Below are positions 1 through 14,861 of a stretch of 64,000 nt of DNA, in pieces. The position numbers and the translations under genes are program-made. The notes below the pieces were generated by a model. That model had not been told where the DNA came from, made no database searches, and saw nothing but the letters and a program-made list of their open reading frames with translations. Positions within the stretch are counted from its first letter, which is position 1. Each line of letters opens with the position of its first letter. The DNA comes from Candidatus Omnitrophota bacterium (GTDB lineage: Bacteria > Omnitrophota > Omnitrophia > Omnitrophales > Aquincolibacteriaceae): the NCBI GenBank assembly GCA_016930235.1, contig JAFGHI010000010.1:250-64249 (forward strand). The letters run 5' to 3'.

Positions 1-1515
<1,515 letters not shown>

Positions 1516-1556
1516 CAATTTATCCGTAAGATTTCTTCAGTCTGTATGAAGATCCC

Positions 1557-2969
1557 TTACCGCTTTCTTTTTTTTTCAAGCTTAAACTTATCTCCCCCAT
1601 CAGGAATTTCGGTTGGATAATTCCCGGTAAAACAAGCCGTGCAAAACTCATGGGGTCCCTTACTTGTCGCTGCGAGCATTCCCTCTAAACTCAAGTAGCC
1701 AAGGCTGTCGACATCCAAAAACTTCTTGATTTCTTCCATTGATTTATTGCACGCCAGCAATTCTTCCTTGGAAGGGAAATCGATTCCATAATAACAAGGC
1801 GAGATATGCGGCGGACAACTGATTCTCATATGAACTTCGCGGGCACCGGCTCGCCTTAGCAAGGAAACACGGGACTTTGCAGTATTCCCCCGGACAATTG
1901 AATCATCGACGACCACAATTCGTTTTCCTTCAACCACTTTTCGAATCGGGTTGATTTTGATTTTAACCTTAAAAGACCGTGCTTCCTGAACGGGATTAAT
2001 AAAAGTCCTACCGATATAGTGGTTTCGCGTGAACCCATGCCCTAAAGAGATCCCGGAAGCTTTCGAAAATCCCATCGCGGCAAAATTTCCAGAATCCGGA
2101 ACCGGGATAACGAGATCGGCATTAGCCGGATGTTCCTTGGCAAGATTCATCCCCATCTTTTCGCGGACCAAACCAACTGTATCTCCAAAAACAAGTGAGT
2201 CCGGCCTGGAAAAATAAACGTGTTCGAAGATACACTGCGCCTTTCTCCGTTTTGATTCCCCAAAAGGGAAATGACTGCGAACTCCTTTTTCATCGATCAC
2301 AATAACTTCACCGGGCTCAACATCCCGGATGTACTCGGCTTCAATAAGATCAAAGGCGCAACTCTCCGACGCTAAAACATAACTTTCTCCTAATTTCCCA
2401 AAACAGAGGGGCCTGAAACCATAGGGATCTCTCACACCAATCAGCTGTGTTTCGTTGAGAATGACTAACGAATAAGCCCCTTCCACCCGTTTAACCGATT
2501 CCACAACCGCTTCTTCGCAATTCCGATAGCTCGGTTTGGCAATTAAATGGACAAAAATCTCGGAATCCATCGTGCTTCCAAAGATAGATCCGTAGGCTTC
2601 CAATTCGGAACGAAGAAGTTGGGCATTTACTAAGTTACCGTTGTGGGCCACAGCGACTTGCCCTCGGGAATAATCAACCCGGTAAGGCTGGGCATTAATC
2701 AGTTTGGAGGATCCAGTCGTCGAATATCGTGTGTGTCCGATAGCGATATGTCCCTTAAGATTTGCCAAACGTTCCGTAGGCAGAGCATCTCCCACTAATC
2801 CCATGGATTTATAAATATAAAGATCGTTTCCGTCGCTTGTACAAATCCCCGCGGCCTCTTCACCCCGATGTTGAAGAGCGAACAAACCCAGCTGTGTGAC
2901 ATAAGCAGCCTGAGGATGGTTATAAATCCCGAAGACCCCGCAAAACTCTTTAATGTTTTCGCCGCTCAT
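1557..2969 (-). CDS. purF: amidophosphoribosyltransferase with N-terminal propeptide
   Basis: The 470-aa ORF has CGVFGIY after a short propeptide (Ntn glutaminase Cys) and a PRTase domain (VVVDDSIVRGNT). Confidence 0.9.
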   Translation of the reverse strand: MSGENIKEFCGVFGIYNHPQAAYVTQLGLFALQHRGEEAAGICTSDGNDLYIYKSMGLVGDALPTERLANLKGHIAIGHTRYSTTGSSKLINAQPYRVDYSRGQVAVAHNGNLVNAQLLRSELEAYGSIFGSTMDSEIFVHLIAKPSYRNCEEAVVESVKRVEGAYSLVILNETQLIGVRDPYGFRPLCFGKLGESYVLASESCAFDLIEAEYIRDVEPGEVIVIDEKGVRSHFPFGESKRRKAQCIFEHVYFSRPDSLVFGDTVGLVREKMGMNLAKEHPANADLVIPVPDSGNFAAMGFSKASGISLGHGFTRNHYIGRTFINPVQEARSFKVKIKINPIRKVVEGKRIVVVDDSIVRGNTAKSRVSLLRRAGAREVHMRISCPPHISPCYYGIDFPSKEELLACNKSMEEIKKFLDVDSLGYLSLEGMLAATSKGPHEFCTACFTGNYPTEIPDGGDKFKLEKKRKR

Positions 2970-2999
2970 TGCTTATGCCTTTCTGATACGCATGTTCAA

Positions 3000-5237
3000 T
3001 TAAGAAGACGTCATCTGTTTGGGGATTGCTTGTTCGTAAATCGCAGCCAAAGTCCCGACTTTTTCATCAATGCGTTCTTCGATTTTCAGGGAGTCCCCCT
3101 CCACTTTCCCAATTTGAAAGAAAGGAATCTTCATTTTTTCAGCCAATTTTTCCAACTTCTCCCGGTTCTTCGGATCCACGGAAATCACAACTCTCGATTG
3201 AGATTCCCCAAAATACAAGGCATCCTCACGAAGATCGTTCTGCCGCTGAAGCTTTGGAACATTCGCCCCAAGGTATCCTTTAGGATTAAAACAACACTCG
3301 CTCAAAGCCACGGATAAACCGCCTTCCGCCATGTCATGACAAGAAGACATTAACCGGTTATTTGCCGCTGCCATTAAGAATTTCTGTAAACGGACCTCTC
3401 GATCCAAATCTAATCTCGGAGGAAGTCCTTTCTGAATCTGGTGAATCACCATTAAATAATGGCTCCCTCCTATCTCATTGAAGGTTTCGCCCGCGACAAA
3501 AACAAGGTCCCCTTCTTTTTGAAAAAAGGAAGGCACACGATTATCAATCTTCTCAAGCAATCCCACCATGCCAATCGTGGATGTCGGAAAAATTGCGCCT
3601 GTCGGATTTTCATTGTAAAAACTGACATTACCCCCGGTAACGGGCGTTTCCAACGCTTTACAAGCAGCCGTCATACCTTCAACGACACGGTGAAACTGCC
3701 AAAAAACCTCAGGTTTCATCGGATTACCAAAATTCAAACAATTCGTGACCCCAAGAGGCTGGGCCCCTGAAACCGCAACATTGCGCGCAGCTTCTGCCAC
3801 CGCAATCTTTCCGCCCTCGTAAGGATCCAAATAACAATACAAACCATTGCAATCAGTCGAAACGGCAATCCCTCGCGATGTCCCTTTGATACGAATTAAA
3901 GCTGCATCGGATCCCGGATAAAAAACCGTATCGGTCCGAACCATATGATCATACTGCTGCCAAACCCAAGCTTTTGAAGCAATGGAAGGATGCTCTAAAA
4001 GTTTTTTCAACACAACCCCCAAATCGGTGGGGATTGAAAGCTTCTTCCAATCTAATGTCTGAGCTTCTTTAAGATAATCGGGTTCTCTTTCCTCGCGAAT
4101 ATAAACAGGTCCTTCATCGGCAAGCGATTTAGCCGGAATCTCTGCAACCAGCTTTTCGCCTTCCCGGACGCGCATCATGTGCCCTTCCCGGACCTTACCA
4201 ATCTTGACCGCATGAAGATCCCACTTTTCAAAAATTTCCTCGACAATTTTCTCTTTTCCCTTTTTTGCAATAATTAACATCCTTTCCTGAGATTCCGAAA
4301 GCATAATCTCATAAGGAGTCATCCCTGTTTCCCGGCGTGGAACTTTCGCCAAATCCATTTCGATCCCGGTTGAACCGCGTGAAGCTGTTTCACACCCTGA
4401 ACAGGTCAAACCTGCAGCCCCCATATCCTGCATGCCAACTAAAGCATCCGTCTTAATCAATTCCAAACAAGCTTCGAGGAGGAGTTTTTCCATGAATGGA
4501 TCTCCAACTTGAACAGCAGGCCTATCTTCCCCGCTATCCTCGGTCAGTTCGCGCGACGCAAAAGCGGCACCTCCCAAACCGTCACGTCCTGTCGCTGCTC
4601 CGACATAATAAACAGGATTTCCTACACCGTGGGCACACCCTTTGACGATTTCCTTGGTCGGAACAATTCCAAGACACATGGCATTAACCAGAGGATTTCC
4701 TTCATACGATTCATGAAAGTAAACCTCCCCCCCAATCGTCGGAACACCAATACAATTCCCGTAATTGGCAATTCCGCTAACCACACCGCTAAAGAGACGG
4801 CGGCTTTGCGGGTTATCCAGTCTCCCAAAGCGCAGCGAATTCATCAAGAGTACGGGCCTAGCTCCCATCGTAAAGATATCCCTCAAAATTCCGCCAACCC
4901 CTGTTGCAGCCCCTTGAAAAGGTTCCACCGCTGAAGGGTGGTTATGACTTTCGATTTTGAAACAAATGGCATACCCTTCGCCAATATCAATGATCCCGGC
5001 ATTTTCCTCGCCAGCCTTCACTAATAATTTAGGGCCGGTTGTCGGAAAAAGCTTAAGCACAGGTTTGGAATTTTTATAAGAACAGTGTTCGCTCCACATC
5101 ACGCTGAACATGCCAAGCTCCGTGATATTGGGCTCACGCCCCAGGATCTCAAGAATTCGCTCGTACTCTTCTCGAGTGATTCCGTGCGCCTGCAAGATTT
5201 CAGGAGTTATTTTCGAAGAAAGTGATGTCATCGCCAT
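3000..5237 (-). CDS. purL: phosphoribosylformylglycinamidine synthase subunit PurL
   Basis: Large AIRS-like duplicated domains. The likely start is MAMTSLSS at 5237, with GAAGG upstream. The track ORF extends to 5303 and overlaps purQ. Confidence 0.88.
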   Translation of the reverse strand: MAMTSLSSKITPEILQAHGITREEYERILEILGREPNITELGMFSVMWSEHCSYKNSKPVLKLFPTTGPKLLVKAGEENAGIIDIGEGYAICFKIESHNHPSAVEPFQGAATGVGGILRDIFTMGARPVLLMNSLRFGRLDNPQSRRLFSGVVSGIANYGNCIGVPTIGGEVYFHESYEGNPLVNAMCLGIVPTKEIVKGCAHGVGNPVYYVGAATGRDGLGGAAFASRELTEDSGEDRPAVQVGDPFMEKLLLEACLELIKTDALVGMQDMGAAGLTCSGCETASRGSTGIEMDLAKVPRRETGMTPYEIMLSESQERMLIIAKKGKEKIVEEIFEKWDLHAVKIGKVREGHMMRVREGEKLVAEIPAKSLADEGPVYIREEREPDYLKEAQTLDWKKLSIPTDLGVVLKKLLEHPSIASKAWVWQQYDHMVRTDTVFYPGSDAALIRIKGTSRGIAVSTDCNGLYCYLDPYEGGKIAVAEAARNVAVSGAQPLGVTNCLNFGNPMKPEVFWQFHRVVEGMTAACKALETPVTGGNVSFYNENPTGAIFPTSTIGMVGLLEKIDNRVPSFFQKEGDLVFVAGETFNEIGGSHYLMVIHQIQKGLPPRLDLDREVRLQKFLMAAANNRLMSSCHDMAEGGLSVALSECCFNPKGYLGANVPKLQRQNDLREDALYFGESQSRVVISVDPKNREKLEKLAEKMKIPFFQIGKVEGDSLKIEERIDEKVGTLAAIYEQAIPKQMTSS

Positions 5238-5248
5238 TATCTGCCTTC

Positions 5249-5941
5249 TTAAGAAGAAACCTCTGCTAAGAGGCTTTCCCAAATCTTTTTGCCGTCCTCG
5301 CACCCTAAGATTGCTTCACTCACTCTTTCCGGATGCGGCATCATGCCTAATACGTTCCTCTTTTCACTCACAAGACCGGCAATGTGGTCCCTCGAACCAT
5401 TCGGATTGAAGGATTCTCCTAGCTGCCCCGCCTGTGAACAATATCGGAAAACAACTCGGGATTGATCCTGTAATTTCTTTAAAACATCATCATCACAATA
5501 ATAATTGCCTTCACCATGAGCAATGGGAACCGAAAGGACTCCGTTTTTCTTCAACCGACAGGTAAAGGGATTATTCACATCCTCAACTTTTAACCAAACA
5601 CGCTTACAAATAAAAGATAATGTCTTATTTCTCAACATGGCGCCCGGCAACAATCCCGCTTCCAGCAAAATCTGGAAGCCATTACAGATCCCAATCACAT
5701 ACCGTCCCTGGTCCGCATGTTTCTTGACGGCCTCCATCGCGGGTGAAAAACGCGCAATAGCACCCGTTCTCAAATAATCGCCATAACTAAACCCGCCCGG
5801 TAACACAACTAAATCCACTTTCGCAAGAGAACGTTCCTTGTGCCAGACATATTCCACCGACATCTTCATGACATCCTTTAAGGCATGAAAACAATCGGTA
5901 TCACAGTTGGAACCTGGGAAAACAAGGACTGCCGCTTTCAT
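5249..5941 (-). CDS. purQ: phosphoribosylformylglycinamidine synthase glutaminase subunit PurQ
   Basis: A 230-aa class I glutamine amidotransferase with ICNGFQ and a C-terminal HPER motif. Confidence 0.9.
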   Translation of the reverse strand: MKAAVLVFPGSNCDTDCFHALKDVMKMSVEYVWHKERSLAKVDLVVLPGGFSYGDYLRTGAIARFSPAMEAVKKHADQGRYVIGICNGFQILLEAGLLPGAMLRNKTLSFICKRVWLKVEDVNNPFTCRLKKNGVLSVPIAHGEGNYYCDDDVLKKLQDQSRVVFRYCSQAGQLGESFNPNGSRDHIAGLVSEKRNVLGMMPHPERVSEAILGCEDGKKIWESLLAEVSS

Positions 5942-6189
5942 CCTTCAGAAACCTTAAACGAATATTGTTCAATCACAGGATTAATCAAAAGCTTCTCACA
6001 CATTTTACGGATTTTTTCTTCAGCCTTCTTGACGTCCGATGCTTCAACTTTGACTTCAAAATATTTACCGACCCGGACATCCCGCGTTTCTTCAAACCCC
6101 AGGGAATGCAATGCATGAAGCACGGTCTTCCCTTGCGGATCCAAAACTGACTTTTTTAATGTCACATTGACTTGTGCTTGGTAGTTCAT
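5938..6189 (-). CDS. purS: phosphoribosylformylglycinamidine synthase subunit PurS
   Basis: An 83-aa PurS-like protein, translationally coupled to purQ with a 4-nt overlap. Confidence 0.85.
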   Translation of the reverse strand: MNYQAQVNVTLKKSVLDPQGKTVLHALHSLGFEETRDVRVGKYFEVKVEASDVKKAEEKIRKMCEKLLINPVIEQYSFKVSEG

Positions 6190-6257
6190 ATCGACTTTAT
6201 CCTCAACTATTGGGTTTCGACGGGGCTCGTACTCGTACTTTAAACAATCTCACCTGC

Positions 6258-7178
6258 TTAATGACCCAGTTTCTTACCCGCCAGTTTCTCATAGACATCT
6301 TGGTAAGCTTGACTGGTTTTCTCGACAACTTGAGATGGAAGCTCAGGTGCGGGGGGCTTTTGATCCCACTGAATATCGAGAAGATAATTACGAACAATTT
6401 GTTTATCGAAACTAGGCTGATCTTGCCCCGGCTGATAACGGTCCTGCGGCCAAAAACGGGAACTATCCGGAGTCATCACCTCATCAATGAGAATCATAGT
6501 ATTGCCCAAAAGACCAAATTCAAACTTGGTATCGGCAATCAGGATTCCTTTACTGGCTGCATAATCAGACCCTTTTTTATAGATCTCGATCGATAAAGCC
6601 TTTGCTTGATCCGCAATAGACTGCCCGATCCGTTTCACCGTTTCCTGGTAATCAATATTCTCATCATGCCCACTGGTTGCTTTCGTGGCCGGGGTAAAAA
6701 TTGGTTCTTTTAATTTTTCGCATTGTTTTAGGCCTCTCGGTAAAACATGCCCGCAAACAGCACCCGTCCTCAGATAATCCTTCCAGCCCGATCCCGTTAC
6801 ATATCCTCGTACAACACATTCAATCGGAAGGGGCTTGGCCCTGCGAACTAACATGGTGCGCCCGGTCAATTGAGCGCCGTTATTCTTGATGATTTCATCC
6901 GGCAATCCCATCTGACCAATGTCAGCTGTAATCAGATGATTGGGCACCAACTCTTTGAAAAAATCAAACCAGAAAACTGAGATTTGGGTTAAAACCTTAC
7001 CCTTGAAAGGAATCGGATTAGGCAATACCACATCGAAAGCACTTAAGCGGTCCGTGGTGACAATCAATAATTTGTCGTCACCCACGGCATAAATATCACG
7101 GACTTTTCCCCGGCCGACTAAGGGTAGTCGTAACTTCGTCTCCCATACTGTTTCGGGCATTTTGGCTTTTGAAAGCAT
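6258..7178 (-). CDS. purC: phosphoribosylaminoimidazole-succinocarboxamide synthase
   Basis: A 306-aa SAICAR synthetase with GKVRDIY, LIVTTDRLSAFD and ADTKFEFG motifs. Confidence 0.9.
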   Translation of the reverse strand: MLSKAKMPETVWETKLRLPLVGRGKVRDIYAVGDDKLLIVTTDRLSAFDVVLPNPIPFKGKVLTQISVFWFDFFKELVPNHLITADIGQMGLPDEIIKNNGAQLTGRTMLVRRAKPLPIECVVRGYVTGSGWKDYLRTGAVCGHVLPRGLKQCEKLKEPIFTPATKATSGHDENIDYQETVKRIGQSIADQAKALSIEIYKKGSDYAASKGILIADTKFEFGLLGNTMILIDEVMTPDSSRFWPQDRYQPGQDQPSFDKQIVRNYLLDIQWDQKPPAPELPSQVVEKTSQAYQDVYEKLAGKKLGH

Positions 7179-7193
7179 TTCCTCTCTCCTCGG

Positions 7194-8495
7194 TTATGAC
7201 GTGATTCCTACACGCTTAAAAATAGCATCCACATTTTTCAGATGATGCTTGTAATTGAAAACTTCCCGGATCTCCGTCTCGGAAAGGTTTTTGCGAATCT
7301 TTCTGTCTTTTGTCACAGCTTTTTGAAGGGTCATATTTGGATTTTCCCAAACACCTTTGGCGGCACTTTGAACCAACGCATAAGCTTCTTCACGCAGTAA
7401 CCCTTTTTTGACAAGTCTTAAAAGCAACGCCTGGGAAAATACCATCCCGCGGCTTTTTTCGAGGTTCGCAATCATGTTTTCTGGAAACACAACGAGATCC
7501 TTCACTACACGCTGCATTAGGGTCAACATATAGTGCAGAAGGATTGTGCTGTCAGGGAAAATCACGCGTTCAACCGAAGAGTGGGAAATATCCCTTTCAT
7601 GCCAAAGAGTGATGTTTTCCATCGCAGCAACGCTGTTGCCTCTCAGGATGCGGGCCAACCCAGCCACCCTTTCACAAATAATGGGGTTTCGTTTATGCGG
7701 CATTGCTGAAGAACCCTTTTGTCCCCGCCCAAAAGGCTCTTGAACTTCCAAAACCTCAGTCCGTTGGAGTCCTCGTATTTCCGTCGCCAATTTTTCTAAA
7801 GAACTTCCGACAATGGCGATCGTCGTTAAATATTCTGCATGACGATCTCGCTGAACAATCTGGGTAGAGATCGGTGCGGGTTTTAAACCCAGTTTTTTGC
7901 AGACAGCAACCTCGACCTCAGGATCAACATTCGCAAATGTCCCAACAGCACCTGAAATTTTCCCATAACAGACACTTTCAACTGCATGATCAAACCGGAC
8001 GAGGTTTCTTTTGAATTCTTCATAAAAAAGTGCCATCTTAAGCCCAAAAGTCACGGGCTCTGCATGCACCCCATGGCTGCGGCCTACCATCAGCGTCAGC
8101 TTGTGTTGTTTTGCTTTCTTCTTTAAAATCTCAATGAATTTTTCTAATTCCTGACGGATGAGACTCGAGGCTTGTTTGATCTGCAAAGCTAAAGCCGTGT
8201 CCAGCATATCCGAGGAAGTCAAACCAAAATGGACGTAACGCGCAGCCGGCCCCACATATTCCGCAACATTCGTAAGAAATGCAATCACATCATGTTGAAC
8301 TTCTTTTTCAATTTCTTGTATGCGTTTGATGTTGAACTTGGCTTTTTTGCGGACTTTTGCGGGTATGTTTTTAGGAATGTAGCGATATTGCGCGAGCGCC
8401 TCTAAAGCGGCTAACTCAACTTCTAACCACTGACGGACTTTATTTTCTTCCGTCCAAATTTCGCCCATTTCGGGACGTGTATATCTCGGAATCAT
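7194..8495 (-). CDS. purB: adenylosuccinate lyase
   Basis: A 433-aa fumarate-lyase family protein with the GSSAMPHKRNP signature. Confidence 0.9.
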   Translation of the reverse strand: MIPRYTRPEMGEIWTEENKVRQWLEVELAALEALAQYRYIPKNIPAKVRKKAKFNIKRIQEIEKEVQHDVIAFLTNVAEYVGPAARYVHFGLTSSDMLDTALALQIKQASSLIRQELEKFIEILKKKAKQHKLTLMVGRSHGVHAEPVTFGLKMALFYEEFKRNLVRFDHAVESVCYGKISGAVGTFANVDPEVEVAVCKKLGLKPAPISTQIVQRDRHAEYLTTIAIVGSSLEKLATEIRGLQRTEVLEVQEPFGRGQKGSSAMPHKRNPIICERVAGLARILRGNSVAAMENITLWHERDISHSSVERVIFPDSTILLHYMLTLMQRVVKDLVVFPENMIANLEKSRGMVFSQALLLRLVKKGLLREEAYALVQSAAKGVWENPNMTLQKAVTKDRKIRKNLSETEIREVFNYKHHLKNVDAIFKRVGITS

Positions 8496-8533
8496 GGATT
8501 CAATTTTTTTGCTTGCATCCTTTATTTTGAGTT

Positions 8534-8611
8534 TGGTAGCGCTAACGGGATTTAAACCCGTGTTTCCGCCTTGAGAGGGCGGCGTCCTGAATCAGGCTAG
8601 ACGATAGCGCC
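8534..8611 (-). tRNA. tRNA-Glu (anticodon CUC), CCA encoded
   Basis: Reverse complement GGCGCTATCGTCTAGCC...CCGCCCTCTCAAGGCGG...ACGGGTTTAAATCCCGTTAGCGCTACCA folds as a cloverleaf. It has a 7-bp acceptor stem, anticodon loop CUCUCAA and a T-arm GGTTTAAATCC. It resembles bacterial tRNA-Glu. Confidence 0.85.
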
Positions 8612-8778
8612 TCTAAACAAGCCCATCCGTCCTCCCGCCTTATTCGCAAACCTACATATTTCAACAGGTTGTAAAAATAAAGGGGTTCTTCCTTTAACGG
8701 AAATGAACGCTAGCGGTTAGTATACAAAGACTTACAACTCTTGTCAATGCAAGCCTGAGGACTGTATTGGTTAGAATT

Positions 8779-9123
8779 TTATCTTGTTTGGCGTCTTAAA
8801 TCGCTAAGTTCCCTATCCAGGCTTCGGATCTTCTCATCCTGAAACTTGATTTCTCTCTCAAGGTCGCTCACACGCCTCTCTAAATCATCTATCTGCGATT
8901 TGGCCCTCGATGATCCAAGATCCACAAGTTCACCATCCGTCGCAATGGGAACACTTGTTTTCGCCATGGCTTTTTGCGGAGTCACGACAGGCGTAACGGG
9001 ACTTGTCGAAGTTGTCTGAACATCCTCTTCAAGCTCCTTAAAAACTTTCTCCCAGTCTTCCTGAGCCATCATTACAGACGAAGTGGTAAACATTGCTAGA
9101 AGAACAAAGATAAACGTTTTCAT
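8779..9123 (-). CDS. hypothetical secreted coiled-coil protein
   Basis: A 114-aa ORF with an N-terminal signal peptide (MKTFIFVLLAMFTTSSVMMA) and a C-terminal heptad-rich region. Confidence 0.55.
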   Translation of the reverse strand: MKTFIFVLLAMFTTSSVMMAQEDWEKVFKELEEDVQTTSTSPVTPVVTPQKAMAKTSVPIATDGELVDLGSSRAKSQIDDLERRVSDLEREIKFQDEKIRSLDRELSDLRRQTR

Positions 9124-10087
9124 GTTTTCTCCCCTACGCTTTCTTTAAATTTCAGAAGCTTCATCCCCCTATCCTTGCTCAAAGGATTCTTCTTGAGGAG
9201 AATGCTGCCTCACCTATGATTTTTCTCAAGCCCGAGGATGACATCGAGCATGGACTTTTTTAAGGTGATCCCTCGAAACATGAGTATAAATCTGCGTCGT
9301 TGCAATATCGGCATGCCCGAGTAATTCCTGCACTACACGAAGATCCGCTCCTCCTTCCAAGAGATGCGTTGCAAAAGAATGCCGGAATGTATGCGGAGTA
9401 ATGTGTTTGGTAATCCCCGCCAAACGCGCATATTTTTTGATCACTTGCCATATGAACTGACGCGTTAAGCCAGAACCATTCTTTCCGATAAAAATACGGT
9501 CTGATTTGGCTTTTTGCCGGGAACGAACCCGGGAGATATATTGCCGGCAAGCCTCAATCGCTTTCCTCCCAAGAGGAACGATACGTTCCTTTCCTCCCTT
9601 CCCATGACACCGGATGAACCCGCTTTCAAGATTCAAATCCCCAAGGGTCAAATGAACAATTTCAGAAACCCTCATCCCTGTCGCATAAAGGCACTCCAGT
9701 AAAGCCCGATCGCGAACACCCCGCTTGTCGTTGAGATTCGGTATTTTCAAAATCCCTTCCATTTCGGGCCCGGTCAAAAACTGAGGCAGTTTTTTCCAAA
9801 GCTGAGGCGATTCCAACACGCTTGTCACATCATCGTGGAGATGGCGCTCCTGGACGAGGAAACGATGAAAAAGTTTGATGGCCACAAGCCGCCTAGCGAC
9901 ACTTGTTGTTTCTAAACCCCGTTTTTTCTCATCAGAAAGAAAACAAAGGATATGATCACGTTTAATCTTTCTCCAATCCTTCAATTTTCTTTTATCCAGA
10001 AATGATAGGTAGGCCTCTAAATCTTGGCGGTAAGCGATCAGTGTGTTTTGAGACAACCCTTTTTCAACCGAAAGGTAATTGACAAAC

Positions 10088-12788
<2,701 letters not shown>

Positions 12789-12795
12789 CTAAACT

Positions 12796-13068
12796 CTAGG
12801 ACGTAATGCCAAATACCCCATAGCGATGGCAAGCCTCGCCCCAAACAATTTCTATGTCCTGAATATAATGTTGCATCTGCACCTGAATTGCTTTGAGGAA
12901 ATCTTCCAAAATAGTCTCTTCGCCTTCGGCCAAGACTTCGACCTGGCCGTTGGGTAAATTCCGAACATACCCTTTGACATCAAAACGCCGGGCAAGTCTT
13001 TGGACCGTAAATCGAAATCCGACCCCTTGGACCATCCCTTTGAAAATCACCTTCATCTGCTTAATCAT
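12796..13068 (-). CDS. acyP: acylphosphatase
   Basis: Carries the VQGVGFR signature of acylphosphatase-like domains. The start is likely at the internal Met (MIKQMKVIF). Confidence 0.7.
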   Translation of the reverse strand: MIKQMKVIFKGMVQGVGFRFTVQRLARRFDVKGYVRNLPNGQVEVLAEGEETILEDFLKAIQVQMQHYIQDIEIVWGEACHRYGVFGITS

Positions 13069-13164
13069 ATGGGATTTTGCTCTCACGGTTTCGGCAAAAA
13101 AACCCTTCAAATCTATCATACCGCGTCTGAGTTCGACTGTCACAAATTTTGTTTTTCCTCATAC

Positions 13165-13698
13165 CTAAGAAACCCCAAGACCCTTCATCATTTGATGACG
13201 GATATGATAAGCAACAATCCCAAAAGCCACGGTCACATTCAGCGAATTTTTTAGTCCCACCATTTCGATTTCAACGGCGGCATCACAAAGAGAAAGAATA
13301 TCCTCGGAAACACCCGTTATCTCATTTCCAACAATTAAGCAAACCGGTGATTTCACATTCAACTTTTGATAGGGAATGCTCTGATGGGTCTGCTCCAGAA
13401 GAACGATCATATACCCCTGCTTTTTCAGGGATTGAATGCAATATCTTGCGCTTTTTGCGTAGGACCATGGCACCTTTTTTTCTGCCCCGAGTGCCGTTTT
13501 GGAAATCCGGCTGGAAGGGGGTATCCCTGTTATTCCGCAAAGCCATAATTTTTCAAGCCCCGCCCCATCTGCCGTCCGGAATATGGATCCGACATTGTAA
13601 AGGCTCCGGATTTGATTAAGAACTGCACAAAAAGGCAAACTCGAAAAACGTTGGTTTTCCTGTCTAGTAACAAGCTCGCGATGCGTCAGTTTTTTCAT
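13165..13698 (-). CDS. SpoU/TrmH-family RNA 2'-O-methyltransferase
   Basis: 177 aa with SPOUT-type motifs (GSIFRTADGAG, LVGNEITGVS). Confidence 0.7.
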   Translation of the reverse strand: MKKLTHRELVTRQENQRFSSLPFCAVLNQIRSLYNVGSIFRTADGAGLEKLWLCGITGIPPSSRISKTALGAEKKVPWSYAKSARYCIQSLKKQGYMIVLLEQTHQSIPYQKLNVKSPVCLIVGNEITGVSEDILSLCDAAVEIEMVGLKNSLNVTVAFGIVAYHIRHQMMKGLGVS

Positions 13699-13803
13699 AA
13701 TCGTATAGATAAACGACGTTAATTGAATTTGAAGTCAGTGGAGTTTACATGGAATAAAAAAAAATCTCAATCCAAAATCGAAAGAAACGCTATCGCAGAG
13801 GTT

Positions 13804-14244
13804 TTATGAACGAGGGGAATCCTTCGAAACAAACACACGAATCACATCAAGATCACTAGAATCAATATTCAGAAAGAACACACCCACATGGCAAAAGCCC
13901 TTCTTTTGTTTTCGTTGACGGCTCCAAACAACCTTAGCGAGAATCGGAATTTGCCGGTTTTCCTTAGCTAGATTAAGAGTCAGCTTCAAAATGGTATTCG
14001 GGTAAATGGGCTCTGCGGCTTGAAAGCGAAGACCTGTTTCCGAAAGATCCTGAAGATTGCTTAATCGGTGATTCATGTGCTGGCCATCCGGGATCCATCT
14101 CAGAAGATCATAGCATTGAACTCTCGGCGAAATACGACGTTCTGCCTGAAGAAAACGGCCCAGGTTCGTATTTCGAAGCTCGGGTGGAAATATCTTAAAA
14201 TCCGCCTCTTTTTCCTTTTCGTTAAAATACCGCTTGCGAATCAA
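13804..14244 (-). CDS. PilZ-domain (c-di-GMP binding) protein
   Basis: An RRISPR (RxxxR) motif and a DLSETGLRF (DxSxxG) motif, which are hallmarks of PilZ. Confidence 0.65.
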   Translation of the reverse strand: MIRKRYFNEKEKEADFKIFPPELRNTNLGRFLQAERRISPRVQCYDLLRWIPDGQHMNHRLSNLQDLSETGLRFQAAEPIYPNTILKLTLNLAKENRQIPILAKVVWSRQRKQKKGFCHVGVFFLNIDSSDLDVIRVFVSKDSPRS

Positions 14245-14711
14245 TTTTTCCTCCTATCTCCAGACATAAAAAAACCGACCGCCATTTCGCATTCCTTTGG
14301 CAGCCGGCTGATCTCGTCTGAGATCCCATGGCTTTGCGTCCTACCCTCGCGGACTGAACTCTAAAATAATGCATTCGTTCGAGCTGCTAACTCTTTTATT
14401 AGCAATAGGTTGCCTTGATCAAAGGGCCCTTGTTCGATATGTTAAAAAACGGCCTTTTATAACTCACAACTGCTGATACTAAAAGTTACCCGGTGAATAG
14501 GAAAAATACAAGGGGCACTAAGAAAAATTTTGATGATTCCACTTGAGCCCTTTTGTAGAGCCCAAAGTAGGTGAGCATCTCTTGAAGGCTTCATAGGAGT
14601 AGATTCTTCGAAGCTCCCGAATAGAACATTGTAGAATCGAGCTGCATAACATCGCCAAAACATCGTTGGCCGAGATTCGATCATTTTTGCATAGTTTTCA
14701 CTGCGCAAAAA

Positions 14712-14788
14712 TGGTCGGGATGGCAGGATTTGAACCTGCGGCCTCTCGGTCCCGAACCGAGCGCACTACCAGGCTGTGCTACATCCCG
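14712..14788 (-). tRNA. tRNA-Pro (anticodon CGG), CCA encoded
   Basis: Reverse complement CGGGATGTAGCACAGCCTGGTAGTGCGCTCGGTTCGGGACCGAGAGGCCGCAGGTTCAAATCCTGCCATCCCGACCA has the anticodon loop UUCGGGA and a T-arm GGTTCAAATCC. Confidence 0.85.
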
Positions 14789-14861
14789 ACGTTTTGAATA
14801 GAATTGCACGGCCGGTGTAAATTATATCTATAAACACTTAAAAATAAAGGACAAACCGTTT

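Noticed and set aside
2868-3317. 149-aa plus-strand ORF. The same pattern holds for 6174..6596, 13149..13619, 27445..27990, 43195..43719, 48740..49268, 49906..50241 and 61755..62294.
   Set aside because: All lie antisense within well-supported minus-strand genes (purF/purL, purC, SpoU, CNNM, the giant gene, methyltransferase). They show no motifs or RBS and look like shadow ORFs typical of that strand.
5238-5303. N-terminal extensions of track ORFs (purL to 5303, xerD to 10242, rplU to 32946, ribD to 56117, ribH to 57086, ribBA to 58269, nitrilase to 33908).
   Set aside because: The extensions overlap the upstream gene and lack family-conserved N-termini. Internal Met codons with SDs, matching canonical protein starts, were preferred.
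14245-14711. 467-bp apparently non-coding gap between the PilZ gene and tRNA-Pro (with an 83-aa ORF at 14457..14708). Considered as a possible ncRNA such as tmRNA, RNase P, SRP or 6S.
   Set aside because: No tmRNA tRNA-like ends, RNase P P4/CR-I boxes or SRP domain IV motif were found by eye. The ORF lacks an RBS and has low-complexity composition. It is left unannotated, although a structured RNA cannot be excluded without covariance searches.
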